51,688 nucleotides of DNA from assembly GCA_964350935.1 (NCBI GenBank), contig CAYGLL010000007.1, positions 1 through 51,688 on the forward strand. Reading direction: 5' to 3'. Position 1 is the stretch's first letter. Each line of letters starts with the position of its first letter. The notes under the pieces were generated by a model. It worked only from the letters and a program-made list of their open reading frames with translations, made no database searches and was not told the origin of the DNA. The translations under genes and the position numbers were made by a program. Below are positions 1 through 8,262 of this stretch, piece after piece. The stretch is from an uncultured Candidatus Saccharibacteria bacterium. Lineage in GTDB: Bacteria > Patescibacteriota > Minisyncoccia > Phycocordibacterales > CAYGLL01.

Positions 1-429
1 GCCACATCGCCGAGCATCTTGAGTCAGGGATGATGTTCAGCTTCAAAGTCGAGTAGAACTCTTCACGAGGGCAAAAGAAATGATAAACAAAAAAAACGAT
101 AACGACGATATTTTTCCTTACTTCCGGATTTTGACCTACATGCCAGCGCTTAGGGGATCCTTTTTAAAAAGTATATACCCTCTAAAAGAGTCCCGTTTTT
201 TCGGGCTGGGGGGTTGGTTCCATAAGTGTCCGGCAAAAATATAGTGAGGGGCATGGTGGGGCAATCAGCGTGCTTCATCAGATCCGCCGGCTCTGCTATA
301 CTGGAAGCATACGAGTTTAGTTTTGCCTTATTTTAAGCGGTTAATGCGAGTTTTGCATCAACCTTAAGCTGTTGCCATTGTCGCAATTCTTCAAGAATTT
401 GGTTCCACTGAACTCGCACGAAGTCCACA

Positions 430-470
430 ATGATTCACAAGAACAGCCGGTGGCTGTTCTTGTGAATCAT
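430..470. other. perfect 19-bp hairpin (loop GGT)
   Basis: ATGATTCACAAGAACAGCC ggt GGCTGTTCTTGTGAATCAT, 15 nt upstream of element D. Confidence 0.8.
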
Positions 471-485
471 ATTGTGTGATCTATT

Positions 486-584
486 GGAATCGGACGGCGG
501 AGCAGTATTTTTAGCAAAAAATACTGCGAGCCGGTGCCCAGACCGAGGCGAGTGACTGGCGAGCCGAGAGTCGCGGGCGATTCC
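486..584 (+). repeat. structured intergenic element, divergent copy D
   Basis: GGAATCG GACGGCGGAGC [AGTATTTTT-AGCA-AAAAATACT] ...CGAGCCGAGAG...CGATTCC. Same P1 / GACG.. / hairpin / CGAGCCGAG / P1' order as copies A, B and E. Confidence 0.55.
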
Positions 585-634
585 CCATAGGTCCACCATT
601 TTGAAAGCGATTTTTTAAGTTCTTCCAAACCTCC

Positions 635-661
635 TTGACTAAAAAAATAAAACATTATAAT
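635..661 (+). promoter_or_regulatory. sigma-70-like promoter
   Basis: TTGACT-N15-TATAAT upstream of ORF 733. Confidence 0.5.
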
Positions 662-678
662 TTGTTTTCGGCGTCGTA

Positions 679-698
679 ATCAGGTTTGCAAACCTGAT
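679..698. promoter_or_regulatory. perfect 20-bp palindrome (candidate operator or 5' UTR hairpin)
   Basis: ATCAGGTTTG/CAAACCTGAT, 18 nt downstream of the TATAAT box and 35 nt before ATG 733. Confidence 0.5.
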
Positions 699-732
699 CG
701 CACATTTAAACTCAACAAAAGAAAGCGGAACT

Positions 733-1152
733 ATGAATCAAGCTCCTCCTGCCGAGATGAAGGTTTGGATTCCCGAAGTCCCGAAAAATCGAATCGAAGA
801 ACTTGCTCTGCGGATTAAGCCGGTCGTGGAGTTCAAAGGTAAGGGCAAATGTTACATCAAACCTGTTGACCTGTTCAAAGTTGCCTACACGTGGGGTGCA
901 AAAGCTGCCGAAAAAGCAACGAGACTGAAGTCTCTCTGTGAGATCGTCACGTATCACGGCTTTGGCTATTACGGGTTTTTCAAACCTTCCATTGCTGAAG
1001 TCTTAGCGCAAATTCCCGCAGAACTTTTGGAGAGGGTTGTTGCCTTCGAAATCACCAGAAGCCCTGAATCAGCAACCGATTTGAACCGTGAGCGCGAGGC
1101 ACTAAACGCGGGCTTTCACGTTGCAACCACAACGCTCTACGTTCGCGAGTAA
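733..1152 (+). CDS. hypothetical protein, 139 aa
   Basis: Intact ATG ORF between promoter-like TTGACT-N15-TATAAT (635-661) and hairpin+T7 terminator (1176-1212); no family recognised. Confidence 0.55.
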   Translation: MNQAPPAEMKVWIPEVPKNRIEELALRIKPVVEFKGKGKCYIKPVDLFKVAYTWGAKAAEKATRLKSLCEIVTYHGFGYYGFFKPSIAEVLAQIPAELLERVVAFEITRSPESATDLNREREALNAGFHVATTTLYVRE

Positions 1153-1175
1153 CCAAGCTCCGGTCCCCCTTTAAA

Positions 1176-1212
1176 CCTCGATCAGAACCACCATTCTGAT
1201 CGAGGTTTTTTT
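1176..1212 (+). terminator. intrinsic terminator
   Basis: 12-bp stem CCTCGATCAGAA/TTCTGATCGAGG followed by T7. Confidence 0.8.
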
Positions 1213-1234
1213 ATAAAACTGTGTAGCTTCTGCT

Positions 1235-2575
1235 CTACCTGAGCGGATTCCATAGTTTAAATACCGCAGATGGTTTTTTATAACTATAGCCGTACGTAAA
1301 GGGACTGGTAAGAACAAAGTTAACCATTGCAATCACGACAACTGCCGCAACTATTACGCGTACACTTTTATCTTTAAAAATGAGACCCGCCCAGCAAAAA
1401 AGAATCATTACTGCAAAAACCAACGCAGACATATAGTGATAGAGAAACATCGGTCGCGTAATAAAAATAAAGGGTAAAAAGTTTACTGAAAACATTAATA
1501 GTAGTAGCGCAAGTACACCCTCATTTCGTTCGGGAACCCTTTTTTTAAATAGCATTTGATAGAGACGTAAAAGTATAAAGACTGTAGCTGCAAGGACAGC
1601 AAGTGCTGAGAGAATATATACAAAAAGATTGCCCGTATAAAATATTTCCTGACGATAGCCTGCGGGAGAATTCATACCGATCCAGTATGAAATTGGTTTT
1701 GACATTATCGGCCATTCATACCACTTGCTCTGTGCAGGGTGCGAAGCCATATGCGTGTTTGCATAAATCATATCCCGGTGAGCTTTAGTCACCAGTGTCG
1801 GAAAATTGTTTACCTTAAGCGTACCCAAGACCGAGAAGTGAACAACGTAAACTAAAAGATAGGTACAGATAATCGGCATCAACACACCGAGCACAACACG
1901 AAAAAAAACTTTTTTTACTTCTAAAAATACGTGCTGGTACTTTTCCCGTAGAATCGACATAAGTTCAAACGTCGCAATGAGTAGTCCGTAAGAAAGGCCG
2001 GTCCATTTTATTGAAACAGCAGCCCCGGCAACAACTGCAGCGAGTATTTTTAGACTCATTAACTTTTTTTTCCTTGCAAAAAAATAGAGCGCAAGTGACG
2101 TTAGACCAAAAAGAAGCAACAAACTGTCCGGCATAGCAAAACGCGAAGCGACTACGAGTGAATTTTCATATATAAGAACAAGGGCAACACCGAGTCCGAC
2201 TGACTTCCCCACTCCCAAAAGACGAATTAACAGATACGCAACAACAGGAATGAGCGCGCCGGCAAGTCCGACAACAAAACGCAGATACAAATATGTTGGC
2301 GGAATTAAATGGTCGCCGATTGTTTTAAAATTATTGGGATCTTTGAGATCCCCTGCCCAACCGCCAATAGCAATGAGGAGTGCTCCGAGTGGCGGGTGTC
2401 CACTGAAAACATTACCCTTCGTGAGATACCCCGCGGCAAAACGCCCGTAGTAGGTTTCATCGAATACCACTTCAGCCGGATAACCAAAACTAAAAAAACG
2501 CAGATACGCGCTCAGAAAAAAAATGAGGAGAATAATTCCAACTTCGATCAATTTTTTTCGTCTACTAACCAGCAT
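1235..2575 (-). CDS. GT39/PMT-family membrane glycosyltransferase (polyprenyl-phosphate-sugar dependent)
   Basis: 446 aa with many TM helices; N-terminal loop VFDETYYGRFAAGYL...GHPPLG resembles the PMT_2/GT39 signature. Confidence 0.7.
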   Translation of the reverse strand: MLVSRRKKLIEVGIILLIFFLSAYLRFFSFGYPAEVVFDETYYGRFAAGYLTKGNVFSGHPPLGALLIAIGGWAGDLKDPNNFKTIGDHLIPPTYLYLRFVVGLAGALIPVVAYLLIRLLGVGKSVGLGVALVLIYENSLVVASRFAMPDSLLLLFGLTSLALYFFARKKKLMSLKILAAVVAGAAVSIKWTGLSYGLLIATFELMSILREKYQHVFLEVKKVFFRVVLGVLMPIICTYLLVYVVHFSVLGTLKVNNFPTLVTKAHRDMIYANTHMASHPAQSKWYEWPIMSKPISYWIGMNSPAGYRQEIFYTGNLFVYILSALAVLAATVFILLRLYQMLFKKRVPERNEGVLALLLLMFSVNFLPFIFITRPMFLYHYMSALVFAVMILFCWAGLIFKDKSVRVIVAAVVVIAMVNFVLTSPFTYGYSYKKPSAVFKLWNPLR

Positions 2576-2648
2576 GGCTTAGCAACATAACTCGATTCAT
2601 CACAAAATTGTAACATTCCCCATCTTCATATATAACCCCCTTGGGTAT

Positions 2649-2713
2649 ATATGCTCCTCGGCTCGGACACAAACATAAAGACATGCTTGTGTCTCTCGCT
2701 CTACGTCGCATAT
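2649..2713 (-). repeat. structured intergenic element, copy E (65 nt, inverted orientation)
   Basis: Reverse complement reads ATATGC GACGTAGAGCGAGA GACACAA..TTGTGTC CGAGCCGAGGA GCATAT. Confidence 0.85.
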
Positions 2714-2721
2714 AAAAAACC

Positions 2722-2780
2722 CGGGAAGGACCGCTGAAGGGAAACAGCTTACAAATGCAAGCTTCCAGCGGTCCTTCCCG
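2722..2780 (-). other. perfect 15-bp stem with 29-nt loop, followed on the minus strand by GGTTTTTT and then element E
   Basis: CGGGAAGGACCGCTG ... CAGCGGTCCTTCCCG. Confidence 0.75.
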
Positions 2781-2819
2781 AGCTTCTCTCTTTACCTCAT
2801 CTTGGCTAAGATACTATGT

Positions 2820-3713
2820 ATGGATTGTCTCGTGTCAACTCGACGAACTAATAAATACGTGGATCAACGAATTCGTCTCGCATTAACGCTTTTTGCAGTT
2901 ATTACTTATGCGCTCCCTGCTTTTGCTCAAGAAGAACGCGTTCACATTAAAAATGTTTCTCCTATAAAAACAGGTGACGCAATCGTAATCGAACTTGCCC
3001 TTTCGCCGCAAAATATTGAAAGTATTTTCTTTAATCGTAAATCTATGAACACATTTACTTACAAGGGAAAAACGATGCTGGTACTTCCCATACCAGGACG
3101 AGAATCTGCAGGACTACGAAAACTTGAGATTACCACCACAAACAAGGAAAAGATTACAGAAAACATAACGGTTAATTCCCGATCTTCGCAGGTCATAATA
3201 CTGCCAGTACCAAAAGCGATGAACGTAACCCCGCAAAAATTAGTCGAGAACCTGGGAACACAAAAAGTATCTATCGCCACAAATTTAAATCGAGGCTCAA
3301 ATGCGATTCTTGTTTCAAAACCATTTGGGTTACCTCTTGCTGACAACCGCTCGGTTAGCAGCCCTTACGGTGAGATTCGAAAAACCGGCAACGAATCCAT
3401 TCGCCACATTGGCGTCGATTTTGGCGGAAAAACAGGTTCAATCGTTTACGCTATTAATGACGGAAAAATTCTCGACGCATATACAGATCCTGTATATGGC
3501 AAGACAATCATTATTGATCACGGAGCTCGTATTTCGTCACTCTATATGCACCTCAACAGCATGTTCGTCGTCAAAGGTGCTACGGTAAAACAGGGAAACA
3601 AAATCGGAACGTTGGGTCAAACAGGGCTTGCAAGCGCTCCTCATCTCCACCTTTCAATCAAAATTGACGGCGAGTCTGTTGATCCACTTTCTTTTGTTCG
3701 TAATTTTAAATAG
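2820..3713 (+). CDS. M23/LytM-family metallopeptidase, secreted
   Basis: Signal peptide ending ALPAFA/QEE. C-terminal M23 motifs HIGVDF and SAPHLHLSIKIDGESVDP. Start moved to in-frame ATG 2820 (track start is TTG 2802). Confidence 0.85.
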   Translation: MDCLVSTRRTNKYVDQRIRLALTLFAVITYALPAFAQEERVHIKNVSPIKTGDAIVIELALSPQNIESIFFNRKSMNTFTYKGKTMLVLPIPGRESAGLRKLEITTTNKEKITENITVNSRSSQVIILPVPKAMNVTPQKLVENLGTQKVSIATNLNRGSNAILVSKPFGLPLADNRSVSSPYGEIRKTGNESIRHIGVDFGGKTGSIVYAINDGKILDAYTDPVYGKTIIIDHGARISSLYMHLNSMFVVKGATVKQGNKIGTLGQTGLASAPHLHLSIKIDGESVDPLSFVRNFK

Positions 3714-3721
3714 TCAGTAAC

Positions 3722-3751
3722 AAAAAAACCCGCCTCTCGATGAGAGGCGGG
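3722..3751. terminator. bidirectional intrinsic terminator (strong for the minus strand)
   Basis: A7 + CCCGCCTCT cgatg AGAGGCGGG + TTGTGT, between convergent genes. Confidence 0.75.
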
Positions 3752-3786
3752 TTGTGTACAAACGTACAAAACTTTACCGCTGAAAC

Positions 3787-4686
3787 CTACTTTTTCTTCA
3801 ACTCTTCCGGACGAAGTGTCCGGAAGGAGTCGGGATGCGTGAGGTTGAACTTGGCGATGTGCAAACGATGCTTCGGGTTGAAGCCCACTTCTTTTGCTTC
3901 TTCAACAATGCCTGTGAACTGCGGTGACTCCTTTACCTTCGTTGACATAGCACGACTATCAAGGTGGCGGTCGTAAACAATCCGCGAACCACGCTGACAG
4001 GTTGGATCACGATCATCATCGTAATACTGAGAGAGTACCGCAATACGGGTTCCGAGGAAAACCGCTTCCACCAGATCGTGAGTGACAAAGAGGATGGTCA
4101 GTTTGTGCTTTTCCCAGAGCTCAAGCAGCAAAACCTGCATCTGCTCGCGCGTACCAGGGTCCAGTGCCCCGAACGGTTCGTCCATAAGAAGAACCTCGGG
4201 TTTGAGGATCAAGGCTTGTGCAATGGCGACACGCTGCTGCATACCGCCAGAAAGTTGTCCCGGATACTTGTTGATCGCATCCGTAAGCCTCATCTGCTCG
4301 AGCATTTGATACACTTCAGCCTTCAGTTCCTTTCGGCCAAAGATGCGCCTCCCCAAAGGGTGACGCAGATCAAGACCCAGCATAACGTTGCCAAACACCG
4401 TGAGGTGCGGAAAGAGTGAGTACTTTTGGTACACAATCCCCCGTCGCGTATCTGCAAACCCAGCGGGCCGCCGATCAATTTCAAGAATTCCACGGTTCGG
4501 AATTTCCTGTCCGAGCGCGAGACGTAGGAATGTCGATTTGCCGCACCCCGAGGGTCCGACAAATGAAACAAAATCTCCGCGACGGACACAGAAATCCACG
4601 TTATCGAGAACTAACTTGTCCCCGTATCCGTGGTATATATCCTGCGCAAAAATGTGAGTTCTGTTGCTTTGGCGTAATTCGTGCAT
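3787..4686 (-). CDS. ABC transporter ATP-binding protein (NitT/TauT nitrate/sulfonate/taurine-type)
   Basis: Walker A GPSGCGKST, signature LSGGMQQRVAIAQAL, Walker B LLMDEPFGALD. Start taken at ATG 4686 just after the permease stop (track start 4728 overlaps the permease). Confidence 0.85.
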   Translation of the reverse strand: MHELRQSNRTHIFAQDIYHGYGDKLVLDNVDFCVRRGDFVSFVGPSGCGKSTFLRLALGQEIPNRGILEIDRRPAGFADTRRGIVYQKYSLFPHLTVFGNVMLGLDLRHPLGRRIFGRKELKAEVYQMLEQMRLTDAINKYPGQLSGGMQQRVAIAQALILKPEVLLMDEPFGALDPGTREQMQVLLLELWEKHKLTILFVTHDLVEAVFLGTRIAVLSQYYDDDRDPTCQRGSRIVYDRHLDSRAMSTKVKESPQFTGIVEEAKEVGFNPKHRLHIAKFNLTHPDSFRTLRPEELKKK

Positions 4687-4699
4687 AAGGATTCCTTTT

Positions 4700-5581
4700 T
4701 TACTTCTCAGCAAGCCAGTACCACGCATGACGCCATCGGCTAAAATACTTTAGAGACATATCAACGGTAAAACCGATGAGTGTAATCCAGAGTACGTACG
4801 GAATGATGACGTCCATTGCCATGTATCGTCGAACCAGAAAAATGCGGTATCCCAGACCTTCGGTTGAGGCGAGTCCCTCCGCAGCGATGAGAAACAGCCA
4901 CGAGGCTCCGAGGGAAAGACGAATCGCATCAATCAACCGCGGTTTAACCTGCGGGAGAATGATTCGATACACATAACCAAGTTGAGATGCGCCCATGGTG
5001 AGAGATTTTGTCAGCTGCTCTCGAGGAAGCTCGAGCACCGACTTTCGGATTGAGTGTGTGATGACCGGTGCAACACCAATAACTATTAGTGTTACTTTTG
5101 CCAGCTCACCGAGCCCGAAAACAACAAAGAGAATCGGTAAAAGCGCCAAAGGTGGCACAATCGCAGCGAAGGTGGCAACGGAATACAAACCCGCATCCAT
5201 GCCACGGAAGAGTCCCATATTCATTCCCAGGAAGAGACCGATCAGTGCGGCAATTGAAATTCCAAATGCCATACGTCTCACACTTGCGAAGGTATCGGCC
5301 CATAGGAGCCGTTTCCCTGTTCGAACATCCTCAGTGAATGCCATGCGTTTTATTGCCGCACCCATCTGAGTAAATGTGGGAAGAAGTTTGTCGTTGGGAT
5401 TTTCGCGATGTCGAGCCTGCGAAAGCAGACTGTAGACGATCACGAGCGCTACAAAAGGCAGAAGAGAAAGGAACCGTCCAAACTTTTTTCCCGGAACCGC
5501 ATGGACCCCCCAAAAACTGGGTATCCGATAGTCACGATCTAACCGTTCGACCTCAGAAGTAGGTGTTTCAGTATCTTTCAT
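4700..5581 (-). CDS. ABC transporter permease (SsuC/TauC/NrtB-like)
   Basis: Multi-TM protein directly upstream of the ATPase. Start at ATG 5581, downstream of promoter 5634-5661; the track extension to 5695 runs through promoter and terminator. Confidence 0.8.
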   Translation of the reverse strand: MKDTETPTSEVERLDRDYRIPSFWGVHAVPGKKFGRFLSLLPFVALVIVYSLLSQARHRENPNDKLLPTFTQMGAAIKRMAFTEDVRTGKRLLWADTFASVRRMAFGISIAALIGLFLGMNMGLFRGMDAGLYSVATFAAIVPPLALLPILFVVFGLGELAKVTLIVIGVAPVITHSIRKSVLELPREQLTKSLTMGASQLGYVYRIILPQVKPRLIDAIRLSLGASWLFLIAAEGLASTEGLGYRIFLVRRYMAMDVIIPYVLWITLIGFTVDMSLKYFSRWRHAWYWLAEK

Positions 5582-5633
5582 AGGGTGTTTCAGTAAAGTC
5601 CTGTCAAAGGACACGTTGGTGAATCTAAAAATG

Positions 5634-5661
5634 ATATTACATAAATTGGTATATTTGTCAA
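5634..5661 (-). promoter_or_regulatory. sigma-70-like promoter for permease plus ATPase genes
   Basis: Minus sense TTGACA AATATACCAATTTATG TAATAT (N16). Confidence 0.6.
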
Positions 5662-5672
5662 TACCAAGCTCG

Positions 5673-5707
5673 AAAACAAAAAACGCCCCAGTCATTACGA
5701 CTGGGGC
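5673..5707 (-). terminator. intrinsic terminator after the binding-protein gene
   Basis: GCCCCAGTC/GACTGGGGC stem followed on the minus strand by GTTTTTTGTTTT. Confidence 0.75.
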
Positions 5708-5722
5708 GCGCTCAGGGACAAT

Positions 5723-6808
5723 TTACTTGCCCCGCGAGACTTTTTCCATGTAGGAAGATTTGAACCTGAGTTTGACGTTCGCTTTCGAACCGATCACCGA
5801 GCCGTCCGGGAACTCGATCCCGATGGCATCTTTCGATTTCACGCCGTCACCGAGGAGGCCGTGATCGAAACTAAAGGTCCGAACATGTTCCATGGTCTTT
5901 TTGAGCTTCGGGCTCTTCACGAGCGCCGCAGCTTCAGCCGGATCATAGAACATGCGGGTAGTCTTCAGTTGTGACTTGAACTCTCCGAGCGTTCCGCCGG
6001 CAAACGCGGCCATGAACGCAATCATCTCTTCGGCTTTTGCGTCACCGCCTGACATGATCTTCATCGCCTCATACCACGAGTCGGTCAGGGCCTTTTTGAC
6101 ACCATCGGGCGCGCTCGTCTTCACCACCATGAGATCGATGATCTCTTCAGGGATGTTCGTCGAGCTATACACCTGGAGGGTGTTTGGTTCCTGCTTCACC
6201 TTGAGAAGCATGGGGTTATACGTAACCACGGCAGCCTTGGGTCCTCCACCTGCAAATGCGGCGGTAATGTCGGTATCGGTTGTGTTGAGGAGCGTTACAT
6301 CACGCTCGCGCAACTTCGTTTCCGATTCAAGACCACGAACCAGAAGGTAATGTGAGACGCCGCCAACACCGAGAAAGACCTTGCGACCTTTGATATCAGC
6401 GAGCGTCGTCCCATTCTTCAGTGCGACACCGTCGTTGCCGTTCGAGTAATCCCCAGCAATGAGGACTGTTGAGTCCACACCGCCGGCGCAAGGAATGTTC
6501 AGCGCGTCAATTTGGGTCATGGCGCAGCCGGCAATATCCTTGCCAACGGTGTACTGGTTGATCGACTCAATGTAGTCGTTGACGAGCTCGATCTTGATCT
6601 TCACGTTGTTTTTGGCAGCGTGCCGATCCATGATCCCCTGAGCACGAATGTATTCCCAGATCTCCCAGCCGGTGTAGTGCGACCAGAGCACCCGCCACGT
6701 AGTCGCGGAAGATGCGTCGGCAGCCCGAATCTGCTGAGTCGGAATCGCGAGGAAGGCGATGAGTGCGATGAGGAAGAGTGCTGTCAGTTTCAGTCTGTTC
6801 TGTTTCAT
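5723..6808 (-). CDS. ABC transporter substrate-binding protein (NMT1/SsuA/TauA-like)
   Basis: Signal peptide MKQNRLKLTALFLIALIAFLAIP from ATG 6808; periplasmic binding-protein-like body; own terminator at 5673-5707. Confidence 0.7.
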   Translation of the reverse strand: MKQNRLKLTALFLIALIAFLAIPTQQIRAADASSATTWRVLWSHYTGWEIWEYIRAQGIMDRHAAKNNVKIKIELVNDYIESINQYTVGKDIAGCAMTQIDALNIPCAGGVDSTVLIAGDYSNGNDGVALKNGTTLADIKGRKVFLGVGGVSHYLLVRGLESETKLRERDVTLLNTTDTDITAAFAGGGPKAAVVTYNPMLLKVKQEPNTLQVYSSTNIPEEIIDLMVVKTSAPDGVKKALTDSWYEAMKIMSGGDAKAEEMIAFMAAFAGGTLGEFKSQLKTTRMFYDPAEAAALVKSPKLKKTMEHVRTFSFDHGLLGDGVKSKDAIGIEFPDGSVIGSKANVKLRFKSSYMEKVSRGK

Positions 6809-6853
6809 TTCGTTTGTTTCTTTCTGTTCTGTGTTTTTGGTGATTGTTGTTTC

Positions 6854-6886
6854 GGGGCGGGTGTGACCAAAGGTCACACCCGCCCC
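6854..6886 (-). other. GC-rich perfect 15-bp hairpin between telA and the binding-protein gene
   Basis: GGGGCGGGTGTGACC aaa GGTCACACCCGCCCC; no U-tract follows on the minus strand. Confidence 0.8.
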
Positions 6887-6896
6887 CTCTGCCTTT

Positions 6897-8228
6897 TCAG
6901 GCCTTTGCTTCAGCAACGTCGAGATAATCCAATTTCAGAACCATCGGACGAGCACGCTCGCCCTTCTCGATTCGTTGAATGACTCTTTCAGTGCTTTCGG
7001 TAAGGTCGTGTACCTCACGGATACTCTGAGCCATTACTGGCAGAGCTTCCGTACGGAATTTTGAAAGGTCATTCAATGCACCTTCCAACTTGCCGAAGAC
7101 ATACTTCAAGGTCTCCATGTTAATGCGACGACCGACAGCGAGCTTGTGAATCTCAACACCCTGACCGGCGAGTGTATCGGCGGTATACCGCATGAGACTA
7201 TCGGTAGTGGCATCGAGCGCTGCGAGCTTGTCGAGGACAATCCTCTGACGAGTAAGCACCGTAGCGAGAACCACTGCAATAGTGAGTGCCGACCGAGTGA
7301 TGAGCTGTGCCCGCTCGATCCCGCGAATGACCTGCTTGTGGTTCTGACCCGCAATGTAGTAGGCCATGATACCCTGTTGATTGACTGCAAGCTGATCCTG
7401 CATATCCTGAATTCGCTGACGGCAGGGAAAGAGAAGCTCCTCCAGAATGAACTGGCGCTCTTCAGCTCCCTCAGCCATTCCGTTCGCCTCTGACTCAAGC
7501 AGTTCATCAACTGCCTGCGCAACCGCGATTGCTCGTGCGAGCGATCTCGTGGTTTCACGCATACTGGCTCGGTCTGTCGCCAAGGTCTCAATATCTCGAA
7601 GCATTTCCTTCTTGTCGTTTTCAAGCGAGTTGAAGATAGAATCGATAATCGAACCCTGACTTTGGTACTTGGTGAAGAACTTGTTGAGTGTTGTGCGAGC
7701 CTTACCGGGAAGAAACGGAACCCACGTAAAGAAGCGGCCAACTGAGCCGGGTTCCAGAATGCTGTACCCTGCGGGATTAATCTCATCGATCCTAACCTTA
7801 AGATTGACAATCGATGTACCGACGGCCTCACCAATGGGCGACTGCATCATCCGTGCCGCTGTCTGATCCAAGAGCTTGCTCTTGTGAGCTGACCTCTTTT
7901 GAAGGTCAAGGCCGATACCCTCAACTGCTGCTGAGCGTGCGGCGCGATCTTGTTCGGTCGCTGAACCGAGGTTGTCGAGAAGGTTCTTGACGATACCTTG
8001 GGCGGTTTTCTTAACTCGCGGATCTACCGCAGCCTGTTTTACCAGGTCTTTGGAATCAACGGCGCCAATTTCCCTCTTCAGAGACTCATCACCAGCTTTC
8101 AGTGCCTCAGTAACCGTTTCCGGTGAAGCGAAAGCTGTGCGTTTAGTAACTTCATCAGTGAGTCCGATCTGAGTAAGGACTGCTTTGTCCGGCTCAGCCT
8201 GTCTTACCATTGTTGCTTGTTCTTGCAT
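6897..8228 (-). CDS. telA: TelA/KlaA/YaaN-family toxic anion resistance-like protein
   Basis: 443 aa, all-helical. Core LNKFFTKYQSQGSIIDSIFNSLENDKKEMLRD matches my recollection of the TelA family signature. Sits next to an XpaC-like gene, as yaaN-xpaC does in Bacillus. Confidence 0.65.
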   Translation of the reverse strand: MQEQATMVRQAEPDKAVLTQIGLTDEVTKRTAFASPETVTEALKAGDESLKREIGAVDSKDLVKQAAVDPRVKKTAQGIVKNLLDNLGSATEQDRAARSAAVEGIGLDLQKRSAHKSKLLDQTAARMMQSPIGEAVGTSIVNLKVRIDEINPAGYSILEPGSVGRFFTWVPFLPGKARTTLNKFFTKYQSQGSIIDSIFNSLENDKKEMLRDIETLATDRASMRETTRSLARAIAVAQAVDELLESEANGMAEGAEERQFILEELLFPCRQRIQDMQDQLAVNQQGIMAYYIAGQNHKQVIRGIERAQLITRSALTIAVVLATVLTRQRIVLDKLAALDATTDSLMRYTADTLAGQGVEIHKLAVGRRINMETLKYVFGKLEGALNDLSKFRTEALPVMAQSIREVHDLTESTERVIQRIEKGERARPMVLKLDYLDVAEAKA

Positions 8229-8262
8229 CGTGTTATTTCCTTTCTGTTTTGGAAGTTTCGTT

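Noticed and set aside
1-56. Partial ORF ends at the window edges (plus strand 3-56; minus strand 51644-51688)
   Set aside because: Only 15-17 codons are visible at each edge, which is too short to identify or to assert as coding.
560-600. GGTCCACCA followed by TTTT, reminiscent of a tRNA/tmRNA 3' end
   Set aside because: No T-arm (GTTCRANYC) precedes it, no complementary acceptor 5' strand lies upstream, and there is no tmRNA-like 5' GGGG..TTCGAC start.
6854-6886. CRP/FNR-like site TGTGA-N7-TCACA inside the telA/binding-protein hairpin
   Set aside because: The spacer is 7 nt rather than the canonical 6. The half-sites are part of a much longer 15-bp GC-rich stem, and the site lies between co-oriented genes with no promoter. 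An RNA hairpin is the simpler reading.
7106-7834. Long shadow ORFs inside real genes (for example 7106-7834, 26626-27057, 36385-36933, 46382-46969, 47717-48244)
   Set aside because: They are fully embedded in, or antisense to, genes with strong family signatures. They have Ser/Arg/Leu-rich composition typical of out-of-frame translation.
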